Numbered from the stretch's first letter, positions 15,997-24,926 are shown. The stretch: DNA of 31,799 nucleotides from Thermoproteaceae archaeon (GCA_020833025.1 JAJHRB010000009.1:1-31799); one strand, 5' to 3'. Notes: generated by a model not told the origin, from the sequence alone. Program-made: numbers and translations.

Positions 15997-17177
15997 CAAC
16001 CCAGCTCCCTCTCTAGCAGTCTCACTAGCACGGCCTCTAGGGTGTCGAGAGGCTCCGTGCCTATTGATATTAGCGTGGTCCTCCCGCGCAGCCCCTCGCC
16101 GCGCCTGTTGTGCCTTGTCTCTATAATGCCCTTCGCTCTCAAGCCGTTGAGGTACGACCATAGCTGGCTGTGAACTCTGGGCCTCTCCCCGTACTCCTCA
16201 CACACAAGTCTGTACATCTCCTCCGTCTCTCCGAATGTGACGTAAGGCGCGCGTGACGCCTTTAACGACCTGACAATTGCCAGCAAGAATAGCTTTTCGT
16301 GAAGCGACAGCCCGGCGAGGACTTCCTCCGAGATGCCGAAGAGGACCTCCTTGGACGACCTCCTGACATCCTCTGGCATTATCTGCCTCCTGCCGCTCTG
16401 CTGCGCCACGTAGGCGGCGCGGTAGAGTATGTCTATTGCGAGTCTCGCGTCCCCCCTGCTTGCGTCATGAGGGCTCTGCGCGCCTGTTATGTCGGCGATC
16501 ATCTGCAGCACGCCGTCGCTGTAGGACCCGTCCGCCAGACCCATCTGGGCCCTGTCGAGAAGTATGTCGAAGATCTGCTCCTTCGTGTATGGCGTGAAGC
16601 GTATTACTGCGCTGCCCATTATGCCGCGTGTTGACGGGTCCAGGCTGCTCAGCATCGTATCGCTGTGGCCTATTAGGGCGAGCGCGACCCTGAAGGCGCC
16701 CAGCTTGTCGGCCTCCTGGCCGAGCCTTATGAATGTTGAGAGTATGTCGGGCGGGATGTTGAAGGCGTCGTCGAGCACGAGCAGCATGTACAGATCCCTG
16801 TCACGCATCTGTTCGATGAGCAACGACAGAAACTCATCCCTGCTCAATCCCCGACGCGGGAATGGTATTTCGAGAGATTTTGCTATCTCAACAACAATTG
16901 ACGTGAAGTTCCTATACATGAAGCCATTTATATATACGAATTTTGCCATTGCACTATTTCTAGTCATCTCCCAGAACTTTTTAATTATTGCAGTCTTGCC
17001 GGTGCCCGCCCTGCCTATCAGGACGACTCTCGGGTAGTGCCTGCCTGGATTGCACAGCCAGCCTCTTAGCATTGCGTCAAGCTGTCTAAACTGCCCGTCC
17101 CTGTGGAGAAGCCTCGGCGGTATGTAGCTCGGCGAGAATACAGTCTCGTTAATTATGATTGTTGAGGCCACGCTCAA
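15996..17177 (-). CDS. cdc6: Orc1/Cdc6 replication initiator
   Basis: FSPSYIPPRLLHRD, Walker A GRAGTGKT, Walker B LVLDDA, GDARLAIDIL, C-terminal wH domain. Confidence 0.95.
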   Translation of the reverse strand: MSVASTIIINETVFSPSYIPPRLLHRDGQFRQLDAMLRGWLCNPGRHYPRVVLIGRAGTGKTAIIKKFWEMTRNSAMAKFVYINGFMYRNFTSIVVEIAKSLEIPFPRRGLSRDEFLSLLIEQMRDRDLYMLLVLDDAFNIPPDILSTFIRLGQEADKLGAFRVALALIGHSDTMLSSLDPSTRGIMGSAVIRFTPYTKEQIFDILLDRAQMGLADGSYSDGVLQMIADITGAQSPHDASRGDARLAIDILYRAAYVAQQSGRRQIMPEDVRRSSKEVLFGISEEVLAGLSLHEKLFLLAIVRSLKASRAPYVTFGETEEMYRLVCEEYGERPRVHSQLWSYLNGLRAKGIIETRHNRRGEGLRGRTTLISIGTEPLDTLEAVLVRLLERELG

Positions 17178-17182
17178 TTTCG

Positions 17183-17226
17183 GCGCTGTATATAAATACT
17201 TTCAGCGCACACGTGCGCTGCGCAGC
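17183..17226 (-). promoter_or_regulatory. cdc6 promoter with GCGCTG/CAGCGC inverted repeats
   Basis: TTTATATA on the minus strand, flanked by GCGCTG (17183-88) and CAGCGC (17203-08); perfect IR CAGCGCAC-AC-GTGCGCTG at 17203-17220. Confidence 0.6.
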
Positions 17227-17244
17227 AAGTGTTGACAGAAATTT

Positions 17245-17550
17245 TCAATCAACCCTACGTACAAAGAATAACTCGCCGATCTTGACAACGACGCAGCTGC
17301 CGCAGTCCGGCCTCTCGCGGGAAACGCCGTCAAAGTACTCGGTGCCGCGGACAAGCGCCTTGAAGTACTTCAGGCCCATGCACTTGTCAAGGGCGTCTGA
17401 GGGGGCGTACACGTAAACTCTGCCGACCGCGAGAGCCTCGCACCTCACGCCAGAGTTGTAATAGTACAGGCAGTCGCAGAGATCCCTCGCAACGGCGCCC
17501 TCCTTCTTCGGCAGAGTCTTGACTACTACGTGCCTAAAGGCGGGGTTCAA
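17245..17550 (-). CDS. hypothetical protein (101 aa, Cys-containing)
   Basis: Follows rfcL by 2 nt; VVVKTLPKKEGAVARDLCDCL; family not firmly recognised. Confidence 0.7.
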   Translation of the reverse strand: MNPAFRHVVVKTLPKKEGAVARDLCDCLYYYNSGVRCEALAVGRVYVYAPSDALDKCMGLKYFKALVRGTEYFDGVSRERPDCGSCVVVKIGELFFVRRVD

Positions 17551-17552
17551 GC

Positions 17553-18821
17553 TCAGGGCAGTAGCTCCTTTAAGTCCACCGCGCTCATATTCAGCGCCTT
17601 GCGCAGCCTCTCCACGATCTGCGGGTTCCTCTTTGCGAGCGCCGAGAGGACGTATATCAGCTCGGACTTGACTAGCGACTTCGACGCGTGAACGCCCTGC
17701 GCGATGTATTCGACGAGCGCGTCGCGCCGCCTCCGCGCCTCCTTAGTCCTTGCCAGTATGAGCAGCCTCTGCGGGAATCCGTACCTTATGAAGGGTGGCA
17801 GCCTCGGCTTGCTCCTTACCTGCGACACGCCGCCCAGCGCAAGCTCGAGCGCGTACGGCAAGAGCTCCCACTCCTGCGCTCTCTTAATCCTGCCTATTAT
17901 CACGTCGGCCTTGCTCAGCCTGTCAAGGGCCTCGGAGGATGCCTCCACGTCCCTGTATACCACTGGTATGCTCTCTAGCGCCCACATTAAATACTGCTCC
18001 CAGTCAAACGACGGGTTGAAAGACACGGCGCGGGCCCCGTCAAACCACCTGGCCCTGTAAACGCGGTCCAGAATTTCAAACATTGAGAGCTGCGGGTTCC
18101 TCTCCCCGACGCGCTTTATGTCGTCCACCACGAGCACTCTCCTCCCGCTCAACAGCATCTGCAGGTCATTTACGGCGGCCCGTAAGTCGCCGAGCGAGGA
18201 CCTCGCAATGCTCCTCAGTGCCTCCTCCTCGCACTTAGCGCCCTCGCTGGCGCAAATCCTCCTGAGCAGCTCGACAATCTCGTCCTCAGAGAGCCGCCTG
18301 AGGCTCACGAGCAGCGACATGTCTCTGAGCGGCCTGAACTTCGGGTCGTAGGGATTGTTCGCGGTCATAACGATGGGCACCCTCGCCGACTCTATTATCT
18401 CGATAATCGTCTCGAGCCCTCCGAGATCCTCCCTGACGTGAAGCCCGTCCACTTCGTCGAACAGCACAAGCTTCCCCTCGTGCCCGAAGAGCGGCGCCTC
18501 CTTAAGCCCCCTCCCGACGACCTGCCTCAGCCTCTCTGCCGACCTGACATCGCTCGCGTTGAGCTCTATAAGCTCGTAGTTTATCTCTCTAGCGAGCGCG
18601 TGCACGAGAGTCGTTTTGCCTATGCCGGGAGGCCCCGCCAGCAGAACGGCCTTCGCGTCCAGAACCTCCCTGTCGCGTAGCTTTGCCCACCGCGAGCAGA
18701 ACTCCCTCGGTGCCCTGAACTTGCCGCAAATCCACGATGCCAGCTTGTGCTTGGCCTCCTCCTGGTTCACAACCTCGCCGAATGACTTCGGGCGATACTT
18801 CTCGGTCCAGGGTAGCGTCAT
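17553..18821 (-). CDS. rfcL: replication factor C large subunit
   Basis: [39 protein letters not shown]. Confidence 0.95.
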   Translation of the reverse strand: MTLPWTEKYRPKSFGEVVNQEEAKHKLASWICGKFRAPREFCSRWAKLRDREVLDAKAVLLAGPPGIGKTTLVHALAREINYELIELNASDVRSAERLRQVVGRGLKEAPLFGHEGKLVLFDEVDGLHVREDLGGLETIIEIIESARVPIVMTANNPYDPKFRPLRDMSLLVSLRRLSEDEIVELLRRICASEGAKCEEEALRSIARSSLGDLRAAVNDLQMLLSGRRVLVVDDIKRVGERNPQLSMFEILDRVYRARWFDGARAVSFNPSFDWEQYLMWALESIPVVYRDVEASSEALDRLSKADVIIGRIKRAQEWELLPYALELALGGVSQVRSKPRLPPFIRYGFPQRLLILARTKEARRRRDALVEYIAQGVHASKSLVKSELIYVLSALAKRNPQIVERLRKALNMSAVDLKELLP

Positions 18822-19810
18822 TGCTTTTTCCTGAGGGGATGCGTCTGCCTGACTCTCCTCCCTATCGCGCCCACCCTGGCGAGCAGGTATGTCATCTGGA
18901 TCTCCTCGTCTGCCCCTTGCGTCAGCCTGTAATCAGTGTCTGCGAGCACCTCCGCTATTTCTGCCTTCACGTCGTCGTCAAGCTGCGACCTGATGAGCTC
19001 GCGCAGCAGCATCTTTATTATGTCGGCGCCGGCCACTCCCTTCAGATACATCAGCTCTCTTAGCTTGTCGCGAGCCTTGATGAGATCTCCCGCGAGAGCG
19101 AGATTCAGCAGCTCTGCCACCTCTGCCGGCCTGATAACGGCCGCGGCCGACGCGACCGCGCCGGCGTCCACGATCTTGCTCGCCGCGGCGGCCACCTGCA
19201 GCAGGTTTATGGCCCTGCGCATGTCGCCCTCGGAGAGCTCGTATATCAGGTCTATGGCGTCGTCCTTCAGCTCAACGCCCTCGCTCTTGGCGATGTACCT
19301 CAGCCTCTCTGCCATGAGCTTCCGCGGGAGCGGCGAGAAGCGGAAGACGGCGCACCTGGAAATTATGGGGTCTATAATTCGCGAGACGTAGTTCGCCAGC
19401 AGCACGAACCTCGCGTTCTGGGCGTACATTTCCATTATCCTCCTCAGTGCCTGCTGCGCGTCTCCGGTCATGTTGTCCGCCTCGTCGAGAATGACGAGCT
19501 TGAACGGCGCGCCGCCAGGCGGCGCAGTCCTGGCGAACTCCTTGACCCTCTCCCTTATCACGTTTATCCCCCTCTCGTCGCTGGCGTTCAGCTCCAGCGC
19601 GCACTCCCTCCACATACTGCCGTAGAGCTCCCTCGCGAGGGCAAGCGCGACTGTCGTCTTGCCAGTGCCGGGCGGGCCGTAGAAGAGCAGGTGGGGCACG
19701 CTGCCCGACCTCACGAGCTCCCTCAGCCTCGCCTTGACCTCCTCCAGGTCTGCCACCTCGTCGAGAGACCTCGGCCTGTACTTCTCGAACCAGAAGAGCT
19801 CTGAGGTCAC
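18818..19810 (-). CDS. rfcS: replication factor C small subunit
   Basis: [33 protein letters not shown] motif; no intein. Confidence 0.96.
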   Translation of the reverse strand: MTSELFWFEKYRPRSLDEVADLEEVKARLRELVRSGSVPHLLFYGPPGTGKTTVALALARELYGSMWRECALELNASDERGINVIRERVKEFARTAPPGGAPFKLVILDEADNMTGDAQQALRRIMEMYAQNARFVLLANYVSRIIDPIISRCAVFRFSPLPRKLMAERLRYIAKSEGVELKDDAIDLIYELSEGDMRRAINLLQVAAAASKIVDAGAVASAAAVIRPAEVAELLNLALAGDLIKARDKLRELMYLKGVAGADIIKMLLRELIRSQLDDDVKAEIAEVLADTDYRLTQGADEEIQMTYLLARVGAIGRRVRQTHPLRKKQ

Positions 19811-19838
19811 GTAAAGCTCCGAGCCCCTTATTAAGAGG

Positions 19839-20501
19839 TTAGCGCGATGCGGCAGCTATTCGCTCTAGCTCGTCGCGCTTCCTAACAGCGTGGCTCTTGG
19901 GGTCATTAGCCGCCGCAGCTATGATTTCATCAGCCAGGCACTCCTCCACCGGCTTGGGGTTGTTGAACGCGCACAGCCTGGCGCCCTCGGCAAGCCAGCG
20001 GAGCGCGAGGTCGAGCCTTCTCTGTGGGGACACGTCCACCGAGACCGTGTAGGCGATGCCGCCCATTATTATTCTCGTGACCTCCTCCCGCGGCGCCGTG
20101 TTAACTATGGCGTCGACGAGCACTTGCAGCGGGCTGCGCCCGGTCTTGAGGTGAATTATATCGAATGCGCGCCTCACAATATTATAGGCCTTGTGTTTCT
20201 TCCCGGTGTTCCTGCCCGGCCTCATTAGTAAATTCACCAGCCTCTCCACGAGTGGGATCTTGGCCTTGCCGAACCTGCGCTTTTGATAGCGCCCCTCGGT
20301 GTGCGGCAGGATCACGGGCTTGAGGCAGATGTACCTCCTCAGCCCTGGGTCTCTCACCACCACGCCCTCGTAGCTCCACTTGCCGAAGAGCAACAGCGGC
20401 TTGCCGTCAAGCGTCTTCAGATCGCGCGGGCACTCCTCCACCACCGGCACGTCGCCTATCCACTCGACCCTCGCATCCCTAGACAGCTGCTCGCCGAACA
20501 T
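19839..20501 (-). CDS. rps7: 30S ribosomal protein uS7 (start uncertain: 20501 or 20600)
   Basis: LFGKWSY...PHTEGRY...IPLVERLVN...PREEVTR...[13 protein letters not shown]...[10 protein letters not shown]. Confidence 0.93.
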   Translation of the reverse strand: MFGEQLSRDARVEWIGDVPVVEECPRDLKTLDGKPLLLFGKWSYEGVVVRDPGLRRYICLKPVILPHTEGRYQKRRFGKAKIPLVERLVNLLMRPGRNTGKKHKAYNIVRRAFDIIHLKTGRSPLQVLVDAIVNTAPREEVTRIIMGGIAYTVSVDVSPQRRLDLALRWLAEGARLCAFNNPKPVEECLADEIIAAAANDPKSHAVRKRDELERIAAASR

Positions 20502-20642
20502 TCTCCAGAACCTCTCCTTGCCGGGATCGAGGGACCCGCCGGCCTCCTGGGACACCCCCCCGTCTGGCTCCCTCTTATAAGGCTTTCCTGGGGCCGGCAC
20601 GCGCGGCTAAAGGCCTAAAAGCGCGTGCAGAGGCCGTGGCAG

Positions 20643-20693
20643 CCGATGAGCTAGGTCAGAGGATCCGACGCGTGATGACGGGCACGGAAGCGA
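20643..20693 (+). ncRNA. box C/D sRNA candidate (variant boxes)
   Basis: CCGATGA-GCTAGGTCAGAGGAT-CCGA-CGC-GTGATGA-CGGGCACGGAA-GCGA, flanked by a GAGGCC/GGCCTC terminal stem. Confidence 0.55.
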
Positions 20694-20719
20694 GGCCTCG
20701 CGGCGGTGGAGAGACCGCA

Positions 20720-20767
20720 GTGATGAAGACGGGATATGTTGACCTGTGAAGAGAGGATCCCGGCTGA
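20720..20767 (+). ncRNA. box C/D sRNA
   Basis: GTGATGA-AGACGGGATATG-TTGA-CCT-GTGAAGA-GAGGATCCCGG-CTGA; the D box abuts the KaiC-like stop codon. Confidence 0.85.
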
Positions 20768-21550
20768 TTAAAGCGTTGGCAGGTAGGTTATCGGCATCAG
20801 CGACTCTCTGACAGGCCCCTTGACCACCACGCCGACTTTTGGCACGATTTCAATCTCGTAGACCCCGGGATTGACGGGGCTCCAGCGCATTTTGCGTATG
20901 AACATCACTCGCTTGAAGGCCCCCTCGCGCGACTTGGCTATTCCGAGCACGAACACGCCCGCGGCGAGGAACTCCTCAACGCCGTACCTGCTTATCGCGC
21001 CGGATCCAGAGGGTATTTCCGTGGTGATGATATTCGTGGCGCCTACCTCCCTCTCAATGCTCATGACGAGGACCCTGATGTACTCTCTCAGTACCTGCAC
21101 GTCCTTCTCCAGCGTCACGAGCGGCGCTATTGGGTCTATCACCAGTCTCTGGGCATTTAGCGCGGCGACGTACTCGCGAATTGACTCGACGAGCGACTTC
21201 GCAATTGCGGTCGGGTCCTTCTCTCTAATGCGCTCCACCAGGTCCATCTCAGGCACGAGCACCTCGAGAAGGCCCTTGGACCTGAGCTCCTCCAGGTCCC
21301 AGCCGAACCTCCTGGCGCCCTCGACAAGCTGCTCGTAAGTCTCGTCTACCGATATGTAAATTCCGGGCTCCCCGTGCTTCAGCGCTCCCTGTACGAGAAA
21401 CGTCAGCGCCGTCAGCGTCTTTGCAGTGCCCGTCTCGCCCGATATTAAGTACGTCCTGCCTCTGATAAGCCCGCCGCCTATTATCCCGTCGAGGCCCTCT
21501 ATCCCTGTGGGGACTGTATCGTAGTACAGCCCGCGGTCGCCCATTGCCAC
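20768..21550 (-). CDS. KaiC-like/RAD55 RecA-superfamily ATPase
   Basis: VPTGIEGLD, GETGTAKT, RLVIDPI, IRKMRWS. Confidence 0.9.
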   Translation of the reverse strand: MAMGDRGLYYDTVPTGIEGLDGIIGGGLIRGRTYLISGETGTAKTLTALTFLVQGALKHGEPGIYISVDETYEQLVEGARRFGWDLEELRSKGLLEVLVPEMDLVERIREKDPTAIAKSLVESIREYVAALNAQRLVIDPIAPLVTLEKDVQVLREYIRVLVMSIEREVGATNIITTEIPSGSGAISRYGVEEFLAAGVFVLGIAKSREGAFKRVMFIRKMRWSPVNPGVYEIEIVPKVGVVVKGPVRESLMPITYLPTL

Positions 21551-21606
21551 GTAATACGCGGCAGTTAAAATACTCTTCTTATATTGACCGCCGCACGCTT
21601 TCTTAA

Positions 21607-21990
21607 ATGAAAGCCGCGCTGGAGGAGAGAGTGATGAGCCTCAACAAGCTGAGGCTGTACGTCGCGATCGAGTCGACGAATCCAGAGGTGAGCCGCGAGA
21701 TGGGCGGCTTCCTCTCCGAGGCGCTGATAAAGCCCGTCGAGATAAGGACGGGTACTATGAACATCGCCGTCACCTTCTTGTGGAGCCTGCTTAGCCGCGT
21801 CGCCAGGCAGCTTGAGGAAGCCGGCGAGCAGGTCGTGGACGTGGAGTTCGCCGACGACAAGACGGTTATAGTGACCAAGGGCGGGCACGTCATAAGCATA
21901 GTGACAAGAGTCAAGCACAACCAGTACGTCTCAGAGGTTGAGGGTATCGTCAACATAGACGAGTCCCCGTTCAGGGTCGAGGACTACTAG
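21607..21990 (+). CDS. hypothetical protein
   Basis: Divergent from the KaiC-like gene; typical coding bias; start may be at 21631-21634. Confidence 0.75.
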   Translation: MKAALEERVMSLNKLRLYVAIESTNPEVSREMGGFLSEALIKPVEIRTGTMNIAVTFLWSLLSRVARQLEEAGEQVVDVEFADDKTVIVTKGGHVISIVTRVKHNQYVSEVEGIVNIDESPFRVEDY

Positions 21991-22378
21991 CCCTCCTGCG
22001 CTCGCGCTTGACGGCGACCTCACGCTTGAGCCTGTTGACAACCTCCATCGCGACGGGGAACGCCGCCTCCCTGTTCCTGGCGGCGACAAAAACCACCGTG
22101 ATTATGTCGCCGGGCTTCAGCGCGCCCGCCGCTAGGTAGATCCTCACGTCGAGCACGCCCTCCTGGCCCAGCGCCCATCTCCGCACCTCGTCAATTTTGA
22201 GGGACGCATCCGGCGGCGGCGCGAGCTCGAGCGACTCCACCTCCTCGCCGTTCACGCGGCCCTTGACGTAGCCGATGAACGCCACGATGCAGCCGCCTCC
22301 CAGCGGCGCCGTGCGCCTCGCGATGTTCACAATCTCCTCGTTGAAGTTCAGCGACAGCCCTCCTCCGGCTGCCGGCAT
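21971..22378 (-). CDS. moaE: MoaE-like protein (divergent)
   Basis: GCIVAFIGYVKG...GALKPGDIITVVFVAARNREAAF...VNRLKRE; start at ATG 22378, 19 nt after TTTTAAA. Confidence 0.65.
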   Translation of the reverse strand: MPAAGGGLSLNFNEEIVNIARRTAPLGGGCIVAFIGYVKGRVNGEEVESLELAPPPDASLKIDEVRRWALGQEGVLDVRIYLAAGALKPGDIITVVFVAARNREAAFPVAMEVVNRLKREVAVKRERRRASSPRP

Positions 22379-22413
22379 GGCGGCTCCCGCGCCGGCCTTT
22401 AAAAGGGATGGTA

Positions 22414-22462
22414 TCAGCTGTAATACCAGTCTTCGCCTGTCGGCGATCAGGGTCGCCCTCAC
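22414..22462 (-). ncRNA. box C/D sRNA; D guide matches the 16S 530 loop
   Basis: Minus strand: GTGAGGG-CGACCCTGATCG-CCGA-CAG-GCGAAGA-CTGGTATTACAG-CTGA; ATATAAAA about 26 nt upstream. Confidence 0.8.
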
Positions 22463-22508
22463 CTAGTACTGCCCGTCTCTTGGGCATGTTTTATATTCAC
22501 GCCTGCCA

Positions 22509-23288
22509 GTGAGAGCTGTGAGCGCCAGGGCGCTGTTTCCCAAGGGCAAGGAGCCGCGTTACGTCTTCGAGGTGCTGATAGGAATGCTGCCGGAGGCGGC
22601 GCTGGTGTTCTCCCACGACGGGATAGGCCTCAAGGCGCTCGACCCATCAAAGACCGCGCTCTTCAGTCTGACATTCCACGCGAGCGCGCTCGAGGATTAC
22701 TTCATCACCGAGGAGGTGAAAATCGGGCTTGTGTTCACAGCCATAAAGGACGTGATCAAGAGAATAGGCACAACCGAAAAGGTGGAGTTCGAGGTAGACA
22801 GGGAGAGGAACAGGTTCTCGATATACATATACCCCAAGAGGGGAAAGGAGGCTGGACTCCTCCGGCGCTTCTCATTCCCCATAATCAATATCGCCGAGGA
22901 GGAGGTGCCTGAGATATCGCTGGACTTCAGCGCCTCCGCCGAGCTCGATGCCGGCGCATTTGACGACGTGCTCTCGATGATGGGAGAGGTGTCAGACTGG
23001 GTTCAGATCACCGTGACCCCCAACAGCGTGGTGTTCAGAAGCGCGGGCGAGGGAGGCAAGGCCGCGGAGGCAGAGCTCACGCAGGACAGCGAGGCGCTTC
23101 TGAGCGTTTCCGCAGGGGAGGCCGTGTCCGCCAGGTACAGCCTCGACATGCTTAAGGACATAAGCAGCAAGATGAGGGGCGCGTCGAAGCGCGTCAAACT
23201 GGAACTATCCGCGAACAAGCCGCTCAGGCTCACGTACGAGTTCTCGACGGGAGTCCTCAGCGCGGTGATAGCGCCGAGAGTTGACTAA
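22509..23288 (+). CDS. pcna: PCNA sliding clamp
   Basis: GIGLKALDPSKTAL, YSLDML, PLRLTY, IAPRVD. Confidence 0.93.
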   Translation: MRAVSARALFPKGKEPRYVFEVLIGMLPEAALVFSHDGIGLKALDPSKTALFSLTFHASALEDYFITEEVKIGLVFTAIKDVIKRIGTTEKVEFEVDRERNRFSIYIYPKRGKEAGLLRRFSFPIINIAEEEVPEISLDFSASAELDAGAFDDVLSMMGEVSDWVQITVTPNSVVFRSAGEGGKAAEAELTQDSEALLSVSAGEAVSARYSLDMLKDISSKMRGASKRVKLELSANKPLRLTYEFSTGVLSAVIAPRVD

Positions 23289-23313
23289 TAAACCCGCGCG
23301 CGCTCGAGCGCGG

Positions 23314-23363
23314 GTGATGTGGGCTGGTATTGCCGAGCCGGTGAGGACAGACACCAAGGCTGA
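23314..23363 (+). ncRNA. box C/D sRNA; D' guide matches the 16S 530 loop
   Basis: GTGATGT-GGGCTGGTATTG-CCGA-GCCG-GTGAGGA-CAGACACCAAGG-CTGA; TAATAAA about 22 nt upstream. Confidence 0.85.
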
Positions 23364-23429
23364 GCCGGCGCGAGGGGCAGAAAAACCCCGATTTGGCTCA
23401 AGCCCGAGCCCCGGCCTCGGCCGGCCCTA

Positions 23430-24340
23430 GCCGTCGCCTCGACCACGTACCACGGCCACGCGGGCATGCCCATCCCGCCCCACCTCACCCACGTCGCGTG
23501 CTTCGGCGCGTAGAGCCAAGCCACGAACGCCGCATCGTACTCGAGCGGCAGGCTGCTCAGAACTGCCCTGACTGGCCCGGGCCTTGCCGCTGGCGGCACG
23601 CCTTCCTGATGCTCTTAAACGGCGTGACTGCGTCCGCCACTTCCTCGCGCGCCTGGCAGCCGCTGTACATCGACGTCCTTGCCAGAACTATAAAGTCCCT
23701 GGCGTGCTCCACCGGGTATGCCCAGTAGCCCCACCCGGCCGCGAAGGAGCTGAGGCACGACCCCGGACGGACCTGCTCCTGCCCCATGTACCAGTGGAAC
23801 GAGATGCCCTGATTCGGCCAGTAGCCGGCAAAAAAGCCGTCGCCCGTGACGGCGCACACCGCCATCGACGTGTTGGCGCACTTCCAGCCGAACCTCACGT
23901 GGAGGCCTCCTGCCGGCACTGGCGTGCGGATGTTAGTAGCCTCCCCTTACCTCGCTCGCGTTGTACCAGCTGTCGGTCCTACCCGACGTGAAGGCGTAAG
24001 TCGCGTTAACGGGCACGGGCGCTCGCACGATGTAGCTCAGCGGCACGACCTACGTGGTCCCGTTCACGCTGAGCAGCACGGCGCGCTCGTGTGCCGTCGG
24101 CGCGGCGTCTCTGGGCGCCGCGACGCGCACCATGAGCGTCGCGCTCTGGCGCGGCCTAACTGTGGCGCTGGCGGGCCTCACCTCCACGTCGCTGGCAGGC
24201 AGCAGCCTCTGGCTCCCGGTCAACTTGACGCAAAGTCTCGCCACGGGCACCTCGACTGCCGTGTGCAGCTGGTACCCGAAGTTAATAGCCGCCACCTTGC
24301 CCGGCGAGGGTTTGCCGTCGCCGTTCAGGTCCTCCCAGCA
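23430..24340 (-). pseudogene. fragmented remnant, probably the C-terminal region of a large extracellular S8 protease
   Basis: Pieces WEDLNGDGKP...VEVRPASATVRPRQSATLMVRVAAP...SVNGTT*VVPLSYIV...WYNASEVRG / GISFHWYMG / MPAWPWYVVE, with an in-frame TAG and frameshifts; no start or promoter. Confidence 0.55.
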
Positions 24341-24341
24341 G

Positions 24342-24434
24342 CTCTTCGGGGTCAACGGGAGCGGCGTGGTGATAGCCGTCGTGAACGCCGGAGTTGACTA
24401 CGGCCGCCCGGACCTCCAGAACGCGCTGGCGTGG
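24342..24434 (+). pseudogene. subtilase (S8) catalytic-Asp region fragment
   Basis: LFGVNGSGVVIAVVNAGVDYGRPDLQNALAW matches the consensus G.GV.IAV.DTGVDY.HPDL with D->N and H->R. Confidence 0.7.
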
Positions 24435-24545
24435 CCTGTCACGCCGCGGCGGCCAGCGCGGCGGGCGCCAGCACTAGCAGCTGGCGCGGTCTCGCACGGC
24501 CGGCATACTAGGCTCCGGGCTTGTTCTTTTAATCTTTTGGCAGTA

Positions 24546-24926
24546 ATGTTTGTGCACGTGAAGATGTCAATTGTCATTAGGGGGGACCTGAGGATCTCGT
24601 GCGGGAAGGCCGCGGCGCAGGCAGGCCACGCTGCGGTTGAGTGCGTGATGCTGGCGCTGAGGGGCGAGGGAAGGTGGCGCGAGTGGCTCGAGCAGTGGCT
24701 GGGCGGGGGGCAGAAGAAGGTGGTCCTTGCTGCGGAGGGCCCTGAGCACCTCCACGAGCTCCACAACATGGCGAGGTCGCTAGGCCTCCCGACTGCAGTG
24801 ATTGTCGACGCAGGGCTCACGGAAGTGCCGCCGGGAACGCCAACGGCAGTCTGCATCGGCCCGGCGCCGGACGAGCTCGTGGACGCGGTCACGGGGGCGC
24901 TAAGGCTATATAGGCAGCCCGCCTAG
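24546..24926 (+). CDS. pth2: peptidyl-tRNA hydrolase Pth2
   Basis: KMSIVIRGDL...GKAAAQAGHA...QKKVVL...DAGLTEVPPGT...IGP; start is somewhere in 24546-24564. Confidence 0.93.
   Translation: MFVHVKMSIVIRGDLRISCGKAAAQAGHAAVECVMLALRGEGRWREWLEQWLGGGQKKVVLAAEGPEHLHELHNMARSLGLPTAVIVDAGLTEVPPGTPTAVCIGPAPDELVDAVTGALRLYRQPA

Noticed and set aside
23791-23800. CCAGTGGAAC resembling an ORB core
   Set aside because: Single copy, no G-string or AT-rich DUE, and explained by the FHWY codons of the protease remnant.
24054-24545. 290-aa ORF suggesting a subtilase-Pth2 fusion
   Set aside because: The frame is open by chance across the antisense relic and the 31-codon S8 fragment; pth2 has its own TTTTAAT promoter at 24527-24533.
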